Shown: positions 9,299 through 19,527, counted from the first letter of the stretch. The stretch is DNA of 64,000 bases from an uncultured Bacteroidales bacterium (GCA_902788865.1 CADALZ010000006.1:6376-70375); one strand, 5' to 3'. A program made the numbers and translations. Notes: a model not told the origin generated them from the letters alone.

Positions 9299-10474
9299 TT
9301 AAAATTTTTTGCGAATGGCTGCTTTGAGCTGTTCCAGAGCCTGACAAAGGACGGCTTTAGGGCATCCTACATTGAGTCGCATGAAGCCTTTTCCTTCCTT
9401 GCCGAACATGGTGCCATCGTTCAGTGCGAGGCGTGCCTCGTCCACGAAGAGGTGAACCAACTCATCTTGAGGAAGTTGGAGCTTCCGGCAGTCTAAGTAG
9501 ATAAGGTAGGAGGCCTGCGGACGGATCATGCGCAGCTCTGGGAGATTCTGCTCTAGGAATTGTGCCGTGAAGTCGATGTTCTCCTGCAGGTAGGCCTTGA
9601 GCTGGTAGAGCCATTCAGCCCCTTCACTGAAAGCAGCGGCAGTAGCAGAATAGGAGAAAACATTACCCATCTCCAGTTCGCTGGCTTCAAGGAAGGTATG
9701 GAAACGCTCACGCAGTGCATCATCCTGCACGATGCAGAAAGAACTGGAAATGCCAGGCATGTTGAAAGTCTTGCTGGGTGCCATGAACGTGAGGGTATGG
9801 TGGCTGGTCCACTCATTGACCGATGCGAAGGGGATGTGCTTGTAGGGCGGCAGGGTGAGGTCGCAGTGGATTTCATCAGAGAAGACCAGCACCTGGTGCT
9901 TCTGGCAGATATCAGCCATGCGGGTGAGCTCTGTCCGTGTCCAGACACGTCCGCTCGGATTCTGAGGATTACAGAGAATCAGGACCTTACAGCCCTCGAT
10001 GTCACGTTCGAACTGTTCGAAGTCGATGACCACTTCATTGTCGTCATTGAGATGCAGCGGTGAATAGACCACTTCGCGGTGATTCTTCTCGGTCACCAAG
10101 AAGAAAGGATGATAGACTGGAGGCATCACCATGACACGGTCATGCACCTTTGTGAAACACTGCAGGGCAAACGCCAGTCCTCTGACAATGCCCGGCATGT
10201 GGATAATCTCTTCCGCTTTCACACCCCACTGATGTTGGGTATCTACCCAGCGGATGATGGCATTATACCACTGGTCGCTGGGAAGCGTATAACCTAAAAC
10301 GCCGGCTTCAAGACGTTCCTGAATAGCTCTGATGACGCATGGTGGGGTGCGGAAATCCATATCTGCTACCCACATGGAGATCAGGTCCTCACGACCGAAC
10401 TGCTCTTTCATGCCATCCCATTTCACACTGTCGGTTCCCCGGCGATTCAAAATCTCATCAAAATTGTAAACCAT
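9299..10474 (-). CDS. patB: MalY/PatB family PLP-dependent C-S lyase
   Basis: RRGTDSVKWD, MWVADMDF, CNPQNPSGR, SDEIHCD, APSKTFN. Confidence 0.9.
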   Translation of the reverse strand: MVYNFDEILNRRGTDSVKWDGMKEQFGREDLISMWVADMDFRTPPCVIRAIQERLEAGVLGYTLPSDQWYNAIIRWVDTQHQWGVKAEEIIHMPGIVRGLAFALQCFTKVHDRVMVMPPVYHPFFLVTEKNHREVVYSPLHLNDDNEVVIDFEQFERDIEGCKVLILCNPQNPSGRVWTRTELTRMADICQKHQVLVFSDEIHCDLTLPPYKHIPFASVNEWTSHHTLTFMAPSKTFNMPGISSSFCIVQDDALRERFHTFLEASELEMGNVFSYSATAAAFSEGAEWLYQLKAYLQENIDFTAQFLEQNLPELRMIRPQASYLIYLDCRKLQLPQDELVHLFVDEARLALNDGTMFGKEGKGFMRLNVGCPKAVLCQALEQLKAAIRKKF

Positions 10475-10622
10475 GATGTTTATTGGTTAAAATTGTTCAT
10501 TTGTTCTTGCCACTTCGTGGCATATTCACTGATAACTAAAGCAAAGATAGCAATAATGATTCATAAAAGTGGAGTATTTTAAAGAAAATAGTTAAATTTG
10601 CATGTTTTTAGATGGAATAGAC

Positions 10623-11333
10623 ATGAAATTCGGACTTATAGCAGCAGGATTGGGGTCACGCTTAGTGTCTGAAGGCGTGGCAGCCCCGAAACCTTTGGTG
10701 AAGGTAGGTGGTGAACCGTTGTTGGGAAGACTCTTCCGTATCTTCCTCGACAATGGGGCAGAGAGTATCTCCGTCATTACCAACGAGGAGATGACAGAGG
10801 TGCATCAGTTCATCCAGGCACAGCAGTTGCCTGTGCCTCTGAACGTGGTGATCAAATCCACCCCCAGCTCGTTCCATAGTTTCTACGAGCTGAAGCCCTT
10901 CTTAGAGGGCAGTAAGTTCTGTCTCACCACCGTGGATCCTATCTTCCGCGAGCAGGAGTTTGCCGACTATATCCAAGCCTTTGCCACCGATGAACAAGAC
11001 GATGCCCTGATGGGTGTGACCAGCTACATCGATGACGAGAAGCCCCTCTACGTGAAGGTGGAGGAACCCAGTATGCGCATCACGGGCTATGCCAATCAGG
11101 CCTATGAGGGCTGTAAGTACGTCTCAGGCGGCATCTATTGTCTGAATGCCAGAGCACTAGATTTGCTGCCAGCAGCCATGCAGCAAGGTGTGAGCAGGAT
11201 GCGTGGGTTCCAGCAGTACCTCGTGGATGCAGGCATGGGTGTGCGAGCCTTCAATTTCAGTAAGGTGATAGACATAGACCATGCGGAAGACATACAGAAA
11301 GCAGAAAGTTTTATTAAAGATACCAGACGATAA
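10623..11333 (+). CDS. Nucleotidyltransferase (NTP_transferase family)
   Basis: LIAAGLGSRL..PKPLVKV signature; C-terminal DIDHAED. Confidence 0.88.
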   Translation: MKFGLIAAGLGSRLVSEGVAAPKPLVKVGGEPLLGRLFRIFLDNGAESISVITNEEMTEVHQFIQAQQLPVPLNVVIKSTPSSFHSFYELKPFLEGSKFCLTTVDPIFREQEFADYIQAFATDEQDDALMGVTSYIDDEKPLYVKVEEPSMRITGYANQAYEGCKYVSGGIYCLNARALDLLPAAMQQGVSRMRGFQQYLVDAGMGVRAFNFSKVIDIDHAEDIQKAESFIKDTRR

Positions 11334-11335
11334 CT

Positions 11336-12175
11336 ATGAAGTTGACATTTGCCGCCATACAGCGTGGTACGCTCTTTTCTCCGAATCATATAGGGAATGA
11401 TGCGGCTATCTTTCAGGCAGTGGCCGACAGGCTCTTGCTTCAAGGCCATGACGTGAATTTCTACACGGAGGAGGAATTTCTTTCCCGTGAGCTCAGTGAA
11501 CGCTTTTTTTTCTCGATGATTCGCAGCAAGGATGCTGTGAAGCGTCAGCAGCAATATGAGGATGCGGGCGTGATAGCCGTGAACTCGGCCTATGGCATAG
11601 AGAACTGTACCCGTGAACGGATGACTCACCTCCTGCTGGAGGCTGGGGTGCCCCATCCACGGAGCCTGTTCCTCAATGTGGGCGACGAGGTGCCTACGGA
11701 TGCGCCTATGCCTTGCTGGGTGAAGCGAGCCGACTTCCACGCCATCCACAAGGAGGATGTGAGCTACGTGCGTCATGCCGAGGAGTTGAAGGGCTTGCTG
11801 GCAGAGTATGCCCATCGGGACATAGCGCGTGTGGTGGTGAATGAGCACCTCACAGGCGACCTGATAAAATTCTATGGAGTACATGGTTCCGATTTCTTCT
11901 ATTGGTTCTACCCGTTTGAGATGCAGCACTCTAAGTTCGGTTTAGAGAAGATCAACGGAGCGCCTACGGGTATCTCCTTCAAGGAAGATCAGCTGCGTGA
12001 GATCTGTTGCCAAGCGGCTGAGGCCCTGAAGGTGGACGTTTATGGTGGTGATGCCATCGTGGCTCCAGACGGTACCATGCGAATCATTGACTTTAACGAT
12101 TGGCCCAGCTTTGCGCCCTGCAGGGAAGCAGCTGCCGATGCCATCAGTGAGATAATATTGAAAAAAGTGAAGTAA
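11336..12175 (+). CDS. ATP-grasp-like protein
   Basis: PCWVKR, NEHLTGDLIKFYGV, YGGDAIV, IIDFNDWPSF. Confidence 0.75.
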   Translation: MKLTFAAIQRGTLFSPNHIGNDAAIFQAVADRLLLQGHDVNFYTEEEFLSRELSERFFFSMIRSKDAVKRQQQYEDAGVIAVNSAYGIENCTRERMTHLLLEAGVPHPRSLFLNVGDEVPTDAPMPCWVKRADFHAIHKEDVSYVRHAEELKGLLAEYAHRDIARVVVNEHLTGDLIKFYGVHGSDFFYWFYPFEMQHSKFGLEKINGAPTGISFKEDQLREICCQAAEALKVDVYGGDAIVAPDGTMRIIDFNDWPSFAPCREAAADAISEIILKKVK

Positions 12176-12180
12176 GCGCT

Positions 12181-13089
12181 ATGGATCAGAAAGACATCAA
12201 TATGCAAGCATCCCTCAAGTCGGCTGACACAGAGGAATGGATTGACTTGGTTTTCTATCGCCCGCTGGGCTACCAGTGGGCCCTGTTCTTCAATAAGCTG
12301 GGTGTAACGCCCAATGCCATCACCATCGCCTCGATATTCCTGGGCGTGGCAGCAGGTGTCATGTTCTATTTCGACAACCTGTGGCTCAACGTGATAGGCA
12401 TGCTCTTGCTGGTATGGGCCAATCAGTACGACAGTGCCGACGGTCAGCTGGCCCGACTCACTGGACAGAAGTCGGAACTGGGACGCATCCTCGATGGAGC
12501 CTCGGGCGACTGCTGGTTCATCTCCATCTACCTGGCCATCGTGCTTAGGCTCACCCCTACGTGGGGCATCTGGATCTGGATTCTGGCGCTGGCGACAGGC
12601 TTCTGCCACAGCAAGCAGGCAGCCATGGCCGACTATTACCGAAACATTCACCTCTTCTTCCTGAAGGGGAAGCAGGGTAGTGAGCATGATCGTTCCGATC
12701 AGCAGGAAGCGCTCTACAAGCAGCTTACGTGGAAAGACGACTTCATACGCAAGCTCTTCCAGTGGTTCTACAAGGACTACTGCAAGAAGCAGGAGCAGCT
12801 GTCACCGAAGTTCCAGCGTTTCTTCGACAAGTATCTGGAGGCCTATGGAGGTGCAGAAGCGCCACAAGCCTTGCGCGACAAGTTCCGTGCAGGCAGCCTG
12901 CCATTGATGAAATACACCAACATCCTCTCGTTCAACACCCGTGTCATTGCCCTATTCATCGCTCTCTTCCTGCGCATGCCGTGGCTCTACTTCGTGTTTG
13001 AAATCACCGTGCTGAATGTCCTGCTGGTCTATATGATCTACAAGCATGAACAGCATAGCGAGAAAATGTTGAAAGAAATTGAGAATTGA
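12181..13089 (+). CDS. CDP-alcohol phosphatidyltransferase
   Basis: TPNAIT and DSADGQLARLTGQKSELGRILD signature; multiple TM segments. Confidence 0.92.
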   Translation: MDQKDINMQASLKSADTEEWIDLVFYRPLGYQWALFFNKLGVTPNAITIASIFLGVAAGVMFYFDNLWLNVIGMLLLVWANQYDSADGQLARLTGQKSELGRILDGASGDCWFISIYLAIVLRLTPTWGIWIWILALATGFCHSKQAAMADYYRNIHLFFLKGKQGSEHDRSDQQEALYKQLTWKDDFIRKLFQWFYKDYCKKQEQLSPKFQRFFDKYLEAYGGAEAPQALRDKFRAGSLPLMKYTNILSFNTRVIALFIALFLRMPWLYFVFEITVLNVLLVYMIYKHEQHSEKMLKEIEN

Positions 13090-13125
13090 GAATTGAGGAT
13101 TGAGGATTGAGAATTGAGAATTGAG
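13077..13125. repeat. Heptamer tandem repeat (RATTGAG x7)
   Basis: Seven units overlapping the stop codon and filling the intergenic gap. Confidence 0.9.
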
Positions 13126-13130
13126 AGAAT

Positions 13131-14837
13131 ATGAAGAGTAAGTATCGTAACATATTCCTGACATTTGGCATCGTGGTGGTGATCATCATGCTGCTCACGA
13201 TGAATATGAGCTATGAGGAGCTGTGGCAGAATCTGCTGAGGGCAGGCTACTATCTGCCTCTCATCATCCTGCTGTGGCTGGTGGTGTATGTCATCAACAC
13301 CTGCTCATGGTATGTGATACTGCATAGCTCCGGACCAGTGAACATTCCGTTCTGGAGGCTCTATAAGTATTCTGTTTCGGGCTTTGCCCTCAACTATGTG
13401 ACACCCGTCGGACTGATGGGTGGTGAGCCTTACCGCATCATGGAGCTGACTCCCTATGTGGGCGTAGAGCGAGCCACCTCCTCGGTGATACTCTTTGTGA
13501 TGATGCACATCTTCAGCCATTTCTGCTTCTGGATGAGTTCGGTACTGATCTATGTGTTCTTCTATCCCGTAAACTGGAGCATGGGCGTGCTGATGGGCTT
13601 TATCACGCTGTTCTGCCTCTCTTTGGGATTGCTCTTCATCAAGGGTTACCGTCATGGCATGGCGGTGGCTTGTATGAATCTGGCCAGTCGTATCCCTTTC
13701 ATTAAGAAGTATGCCCTGGCCTTTACGGAGAAGAACAAAGCAAAGCTGGAGAATATCGACAAGCAGATAGCTTTGGTCCACAAGCAGGATAAGCGTTCGT
13801 TCTACGGATCGTTGTTCTTGGAGTATCTGGCACGCATCGTGAGCTGTGGGGAAGTATGGCTCATCCTGAATGTGCTCACCACCAATGTGAGCTTCGTAGA
13901 TTGCATCTTGATTCTGGCCTTCTCTTCCCTGATGGCCAATCTGCTCTTCTTTATGCCGATGCAGCTTGGTGGGCGTGAAGGTGGTTTTGCCTTGGCGGTG
14001 AATGGTATTGCGGTGCCTGGAGCCTATGGGGTGTATGCTGCCTTGATTACCCGTATCCGCGAACTGGTATGGATTGTGATAGGCTTGGCACTGATGAAGA
14101 TAGGAAATAAAAACATGAAGGATATGGTAAGTGATAGCAAAGTGAAGGCCTTGGCCTTCGATTTCGGCGGAACGCTGGATTCTCCGTTCCTGCATTGGGC
14201 ACAGGTATATATTAAGGTGTATAACGAGCAGCTGGGCCTCTCGCTCACCCGTGAGAGCTTCTGGGACTCCTATGTCTTTGCCGAGCGGGAGATGGAGCGT
14301 CTGAACCCTGTGAAGACCACCGACACCTTGCTTGATGTGCAGACCTACAAGACTCGTTTCCAGTTCGACGACCTTATCCGTCGTGGTCTGGTGGAGGATA
14401 CGGAGTACAACCGTAACACCTTGCCAGCTGAGGCAGCCCGACTGGTGACTGAGTTTTCTACCGACTATGTGAAGCAGGCTAAGCCTGTGCTTGCGAAGCT
14501 GAAAGAGAAATATACCCTTTTCGTGGTGTCCAACTACTACGGAAATTTGAAAGCTGTGTTGCAGAGCATGGGAGTGGCCGATTTGTTCCACTCCATCACC
14601 GACTCCACGATTGCAGGCATACGCAAGCCCGATCCAGCCCTGTGGAAGTTGGCCATCGACCAAGAAGGTTTCCTGCCCGAAGAGGTGATTGTGGTGGGCG
14701 ACTCCCAGAAGAATGATGTCAATCCAGCCCTCTCGCTGGGCTGCCATGTAGTGAAGTGCTGTCCTGATGAGGCCGCTGTGGTTCCGGGACTTACGTGTAT
14801 CAGGTCGCTTACGGAGTTAGAAGGTCTGCTGTTATGA
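13131..14837 (+). CDS. Lysylphosphatidylglycerol-synthase-TM (flippase-like) domain fused to HAD hydrolase
   Basis: NYVTPVGLMGGEPYR and QLGGREGG in TM half; HAD motifs FDFGGTLD, VVSN, RKPDP, VGDSQKND in C-terminal half. Confidence 0.88.
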   Translation: MKSKYRNIFLTFGIVVVIIMLLTMNMSYEELWQNLLRAGYYLPLIILLWLVVYVINTCSWYVILHSSGPVNIPFWRLYKYSVSGFALNYVTPVGLMGGEPYRIMELTPYVGVERATSSVILFVMMHIFSHFCFWMSSVLIYVFFYPVNWSMGVLMGFITLFCLSLGLLFIKGYRHGMAVACMNLASRIPFIKKYALAFTEKNKAKLENIDKQIALVHKQDKRSFYGSLFLEYLARIVSCGEVWLILNVLTTNVSFVDCILILAFSSLMANLLFFMPMQLGGREGGFALAVNGIAVPGAYGVYAALITRIRELVWIVIGLALMKIGNKNMKDMVSDSKVKALAFDFGGTLDSPFLHWAQVYIKVYNEQLGLSLTRESFWDSYVFAEREMERLNPVKTTDTLLDVQTYKTRFQFDDLIRRGLVEDTEYNRNTLPAEAARLVTEFSTDYVKQAKPVLAKLKEKYTLFVVSNYYGNLKAVLQSMGVADLFHSITDSTIAGIRKPDPALWKLAIDQEGFLPEEVIVVGDSQKNDVNPALSLGCHVVKCCPDEAAVVPGLTCIRSLTELEGLLL

Positions 14838-16147
14838 AACTCAGGAGTAGTGTGTTGATAGCCTTGCTGGGGGTGGCGTTTATCGTGGCCCTGCAGGTCT
14901 TGTGGCTGTCCAATACCTACCAACTGCTGAGGGAAGACTTCCAGAAAGAGCTGACCGACCTGGTGGAGGAGGCTCTGCTGAAGGAGCGCGACCTGCGTTT
15001 GGATAAGTTCTATGCCGACAGTACGTCCACCGACTTGGCATTCGACCAGCGGGCAGATGAGCTGACACGCTTCAACGAAGCCCTCAATGAAGAAGGTCTG
15101 CCAGTCTCACTGGTGGCTGTGGATTCCATCGCCAAGGAGATGCTTTCCGAGCGGCGTATCACCAATGAAATCACCATCGACCTCATAGATGCATCTACGG
15201 GGAGGGTGCTGGCTACCAGCAATCCACGTTTCCACGTACATTTCGGTGGGTTCGTAGCCTCTCAGGCGGTGGCGGTGAACTATGAGCGCACCCATGGTGT
15301 GCGTGTGCTGGTGGACAATCCCTACAGTATCATCTTCAGTCGCATGATCGTGCTGCTCATCGCCTCACTCATCCTGTTGGCACTGGTTGTCTGGAGCATC
15401 CTGCAGCAGATGCGTTTCATCCGTCAGCAGGATAAGATAGCCAGCCTACGCCAGGACTTCACCTATGCCATGGTACACGACATGAAGACACCTCTCAGCA
15501 GCATCATCATGAGCCTGCGCAGCCTGAGGAGCGGTAAGCTCGATGGCAAGGAAGAGCTGAAGCAGAAGTACATGGGCATAGCGCAGGATGAGGCCTCGCA
15601 GCTGCTCGACCTTACCAATAAGATTCTCACCCTCTCCAGACTGGAGAACCATAAGCTGGAGCTGCATGTAGATAGGGTAGAGCTGAAGCCTCTGCTCGAC
15701 GACCTGGTGCAGCGGTTCACGGTCAAGGCCACGAAGAAGGTGTCCTTCGATGTACAACTGTCGGTGCCCAGCATGCTGGCAGACCCACAGTATCTCTCTG
15801 AAGCCTTAAGCAACCTGCTGGACAATTCTATCAAGTACTCGGGAGAGATGGTACATATCGAGGTAGCCTCGCATGAGACTTTTGGGCACGTCATCCTCAG
15901 TGTGAAGGACGACGGACTGGGCATACCTCCGCAAGACCTGAAGGCCATCTTCGAGAAGTTCGAGCGTGGTGAGGCAGCCAAGCGTAGCAGGCAGGGTGGA
16001 GCCTCTGGCTTCGGCCTGGGACTGAATCTGGTGTATCAGATTATGGATGCCCATGGAGGGCGTGTAGAAGTAGATAGCGTAGAAGGATCCTACAGCAAGT
16101 TCTCGCTGTGGTTCCCCAAGGATATAAAAACAGACGACCATGAATAA
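14834..16147 (+). CDS. Membrane sensor histidine kinase
   Basis: Two TM segments, H box HDMKTPL, NLLDNSIKYS, DDGLGI, GFGLGL; ATGA overlap with upstream stop. Confidence 0.93.
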   Translation: MKLRSSVLIALLGVAFIVALQVLWLSNTYQLLREDFQKELTDLVEEALLKERDLRLDKFYADSTSTDLAFDQRADELTRFNEALNEEGLPVSLVAVDSIAKEMLSERRITNEITIDLIDASTGRVLATSNPRFHVHFGGFVASQAVAVNYERTHGVRVLVDNPYSIIFSRMIVLLIASLILLALVVWSILQQMRFIRQQDKIASLRQDFTYAMVHDMKTPLSSIIMSLRSLRSGKLDGKEELKQKYMGIAQDEASQLLDLTNKILTLSRLENHKLELHVDRVELKPLLDDLVQRFTVKATKKVSFDVQLSVPSMLADPQYLSEALSNLLDNSIKYSGEMVHIEVASHETFGHVILSVKDDGLGIPPQDLKAIFEKFERGEAAKRSRQGGASGFGLGLNLVYQIMDAHGGRVEVDSVEGSYSKFSLWFPKDIKTDDHE

Positions 16148-16841
16148 CATCCGATTATTATTGGTAGAAGATGATGCCAACCTGAGCTACATCATCAGCA
16201 GCAGCCTGCAAGAACTGATAGGAGGCTACGAGATTATCACGGCCAGCAATGGGGCAGAGGGATTGGAGGCATGGAACCAGCATCATCCCGATGTGATCAT
16301 TGCCGACATCGACATGCCTGTGATGAACGGATTCCAGATGGTGGAGAAAATCCGTGAGACCGATGGTGACACGCTCATCTTCTTCACATCGGCCCTCACT
16401 TCGCCAGAAGATGTGAGTCATGGCTATCGTCTGGGGGTGAACAACTACCTCAAGAAACCCTTTGTTCCCGAGGAGCTGGATGCCAGCATCAAAGCCCTGC
16501 TGAAGCTGAAGCGGGGAGAGCGGGCCTACAACGAAACGCAGGTGATGCACATAGGCAGCTATGCCTTCGATGCACGTACCAATACGTTGCAAGCAGCCGA
16601 TGGCAGCGAGGAGCATCTCACGGAGACGGAGGGTAAGATCTTGCGCCTGCTGATAGAGAATCAGGGGGAGATTGTGAGTCGTGATGCCCTCATGTATCGC
16701 ATCTGGGGCAATACCGATTACTATGTCTCCCGCAGTCTGGATGTCTTCGTACGCAAGCTGCGTATCCATCTGTCGGCAGCCCCAACTATCGAACTGGCCA
16801 CGGTAAGAGGGCAGGGACTGAAGCTGGAGGTGAAACGTTGA
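16140..16841 (+). CDS. OmpR-family response regulator
   Basis: LLVEDD, ADIDMP, KPF, RSLDVFVRKLR, TVRGQG. Confidence 0.93.
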   Translation: MNNIRLLLVEDDANLSYIISSSLQELIGGYEIITASNGAEGLEAWNQHHPDVIIADIDMPVMNGFQMVEKIRETDGDTLIFFTSALTSPEDVSHGYRLGVNNYLKKPFVPEELDASIKALLKLKRGERAYNETQVMHIGSYAFDARTNTLQAADGSEEHLTETEGKILRLLIENQGEIVSRDALMYRIWGNTDYYVSRSLDVFVRKLRIHLSAAPTIELATVRGQGLKLEVKR

Positions 16842-16931
16842 ACGTTAAACATTAAACATTAAACATTAAACGTTAAACGTTAAACGTTAAACATTAAACA
16901 TTAAACATTAAACGTTGAACATTGAACATTT
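16834..16931. repeat. Heptamer tandem repeat (AACRTTR x14)
   Basis: Fourteen consecutive AACATTA/AACGTTA/AACGTTG-type units starting at the stop codon. Confidence 0.9.
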
Positions 16932-16938
16932 AATCTTA

Positions 16939-17239
16939 AACCACGAATTTACCGAATTAAACGAATATCTCATTTATAATCCCTCCCCCTCTGGGGGAGG
17001 TTAGGAGAGGGAACGCCTCCTGCATAGTATGAGTGCAAGGCTATGTGAAAGCCCTCACCTGACCTCTCCCAGAGGGAGAGGGATAGGCTTGGAAACCTCT
17101 CCCAAAGGGATGGTGTTTGGGGACCTTTTCCCAAGGGATAGGCTTGGAAACCTCTCCCGAAGGGAGAGGAACTGAATAATATGAGCATCAACATATATTC
17201 AGCCTAGAAAAATTCGATAAATTCGGTAAATTCGTGGTT
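16939..17239. repeat. Composite repeat: 20-bp inverted pair enclosing REP-like copy C
   Basis: AACCACGAATTTACCGAATT 16939-16958 and its exact reverse complement 17220-17239 flank the 104-bp unit 16980-17083 plus partial units. Confidence 0.85.
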
Positions 17240-17262
17240 TATAAAACTCTAAACATAATAAT

Positions 17263-19065
17263 ATGAAACGAACAACCTTATTTCTTTTACTGCTGTTGGC
17301 TATGCTCAGCCTTAGGGCAGAAGTGCGTGAAGTACCTTTGTTACAGAATGTCTTTGCACGTCAGGCCACCTCACTGAACGGAAAGTGGAACTACATCGTT
17401 GATCCGTTTGACAACGGATATTATGACTACCGTCTGCGCCCCATGAATCGGGGTGGCTTTGGCGATAATCGTAAGCCAAACAATCCGCAGGAGCTGGTGG
17501 AGTATAATTTCGACACCTCTCCCGTGATGGATATTCCTTCCGATTGGAATACCAAGGACGACCAGCTCTTCTATTACGAGGGTTCTGTGTGGTTCAAGCG
17601 CAGCTTTACCTATCATCAGGAAGAAGGGAAGCGGGCCATCCTGTATTTCGGTGCCGTGAACTATCTCTCCATGGTGTGGGTAAACGGTCAGAAAGTGGGA
17701 GAGCATGTGGGTGGATTCACACCCTTCAATTTCGATGTCACCGATGTGCTGAAGGAAGGTGACAACTTCGTGGTGGTGCGTGTGAATAACCAGCGCCATC
17801 AGGACAATGTGCCTACGCTCAACTTCGACTGGTGGAACTATGGCGGCATCACGCGCGATGTGATGCTGGTGCAGGTGCCAGAGACCTATATCGAGGATTA
17901 CTACGTGCAGCTGGCCAAGGGCGATGCCACAAAGATAGTGGGGTGGGTGAAGCTGAACCGTCCTATCTTAGGAGGTCGTGTTACGGTGGAAATACCCGAG
18001 TTGAAAATCAAGCAGACGGTCACTACCGATGCCGAGGGACGTGGATCGTTCGAGGTGAAGGCAAAGCCCCAGCTGTGGACTCCTGAGCAGCCTAAGCTCT
18101 ATCAGGTCACCGTAGATATGGGAACGGAGCGCCTGACCGATGAAATTGGTTTCCGTACCATAGAGACACGTGGCAAGGAAATCCTCCTCAACGGACAGCC
18201 TGTCTTCCTGCGTGGTGTGAGCATCCATGAGGAAGCACCTTTCCGTCAGGGACGTGCCTGGACCACCGAAGATGCTCATACCTTGCTCTCATGGGCCAAG
18301 GAACTGGGCTGTAACTACGTGCGTCTGGCACACTATCCACACAACGAGCGCATGGTGCGTGAGGCAGAGCGCATGGGTATCATGGTGTGGAGTGAGATTC
18401 CTGTCTATTGGACCATCTCATGGGAGAATCAAGCCACCTACGATAATGCGCAGCGTCAGTTGACGGATATGATCACACGTGATAAGAACCGCTGTGCCAT
18501 CATCATCTGGAGCATCGCCAACGAGACTCCCCACAGCGATGCCCGTGACAAGTTCCTGAGCAGCCTCTCTAAGCATGCCCGTACGTTGGACAACGTACGT
18601 CTGATCAGCATGGCGATGGAAGTCACATCAGCACGTAACTATGTCAATCGTTTGAACGACAATATGAATGAGTATGTCGATGTGGTGAGCTTCAACGAGT
18701 ACATCGGTTGGTATCGAGACGTGAACGATGCCCCCAAGATGACGTGGGAGATCCCATACAACAAGCCAGTGATCATCAGTGAGTTTGGCGGTGGAGCCTT
18801 GGCAGGCTATCACGGAGACGTCAATCAGCGTTTCACGGAGGAGTTTCAGGAGAATGTCTATAAGAACAACATTGTGATGTTCGAGAAGATCGAAGGCCTT
18901 GCAGGCACCTCCCCATGGATCTTGATGGACTTCCGTTCCCCTCGTCGCCAGCTCCCCGGCATCCAGGACTTCTTCAACCGCAAAGGTCTCATCTCCAGTT
19001 GGGGTGAGAAAAAGAAAGCCTTCTACGTGATGCAGGAATGGTATCGGAAGAAAGCAGCGAAATAA
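17263..19065 (+). CDS. GH2 beta-glucuronidase, secreted
   Basis: Signal peptide, DWWNYGGI, RLAHYPH, WSIANE, ISEFGG, NRKG glucuronide-recognition motif. Confidence 0.9.
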   Translation: MKRTTLFLLLLLAMLSLRAEVREVPLLQNVFARQATSLNGKWNYIVDPFDNGYYDYRLRPMNRGGFGDNRKPNNPQELVEYNFDTSPVMDIPSDWNTKDDQLFYYEGSVWFKRSFTYHQEEGKRAILYFGAVNYLSMVWVNGQKVGEHVGGFTPFNFDVTDVLKEGDNFVVVRVNNQRHQDNVPTLNFDWWNYGGITRDVMLVQVPETYIEDYYVQLAKGDATKIVGWVKLNRPILGGRVTVEIPELKIKQTVTTDAEGRGSFEVKAKPQLWTPEQPKLYQVTVDMGTERLTDEIGFRTIETRGKEILLNGQPVFLRGVSIHEEAPFRQGRAWTTEDAHTLLSWAKELGCNYVRLAHYPHNERMVREAERMGIMVWSEIPVYWTISWENQATYDNAQRQLTDMITRDKNRCAIIIWSIANETPHSDARDKFLSSLSKHARTLDNVRLISMAMEVTSARNYVNRLNDNMNEYVDVVSFNEYIGWYRDVNDAPKMTWEIPYNKPVIISEFGGGALAGYHGDVNQRFTEEFQENVYKNNIVMFEKIEGLAGTSPWILMDFRSPRRQLPGIQDFFNRKGLISSWGEKKKAFYVMQEWYRKKAAK

Positions 19066-19068
19066 CAG

Positions 19069-19115
19069 AAAAAAGAACTCCCCGTGCACTGATCTGCACG
19101 GGGATTCTCTTTTTT
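19069..19115. terminator. Bidirectional terminator
   Basis: CCCGTGCA-CTGATC-TGCACGGG flanked by A and T runs. Confidence 0.75.
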
Positions 19116-19527
19116 ACTTCCACCCATGTTTTGTCAGCACTTTCTTGAACACTGGGTCATCAGAAACCGAAGCGAACAAAAGCATGCAAGAGCGAAACTT
19201 CACTACATCACTGCCAAATATCTCATAAGCAGTTTTTTCATTGTTGAGTACAGCCTCTGTGGCTTCTACCAATCGTTGAGCAAGAATAGAATCCTCCATA
19301 TAAGCATAGGCTTCCTCTCTGCCATTGATGCCATAGAAGTCAGACAATTTCGAGTGGCCCAATCCTTTCATCTGCGGAAAGACATACCAGATCCAGTGCG
19401 TCTTCTTTCTGCCACTCTTGATTTCTGCAAGAGCAGTAGCATAAGTTTCTGTACCATATTCCACATTTCCCAAATCTTGGGCGTTTATAAACCTTTGCAA
19501 ATAGAATGTTTGCTTCTTTTCCATCAT
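19114..19527 (-). CDS. DUF1810 family protein
   Basis: LQRFINAQ, ALAEIKSGRKKTHWIWYVFPQ, KFRSCMLLF. Confidence 0.9.
   Translation of the reverse strand: MMEKKQTFYLQRFINAQDLGNVEYGTETYATALAEIKSGRKKTHWIWYVFPQMKGLGHSKLSDFYGINGREEAYAYMEDSILAQRLVEATEAVLNNEKTAYEIFGSDVVKFRSCMLLFASVSDDPVFKKVLTKHGWK

Noticed and set aside
16834-17239. Possible CRISPR array
   Set aside because: No constant repeats with unique regular spacers and no cas genes
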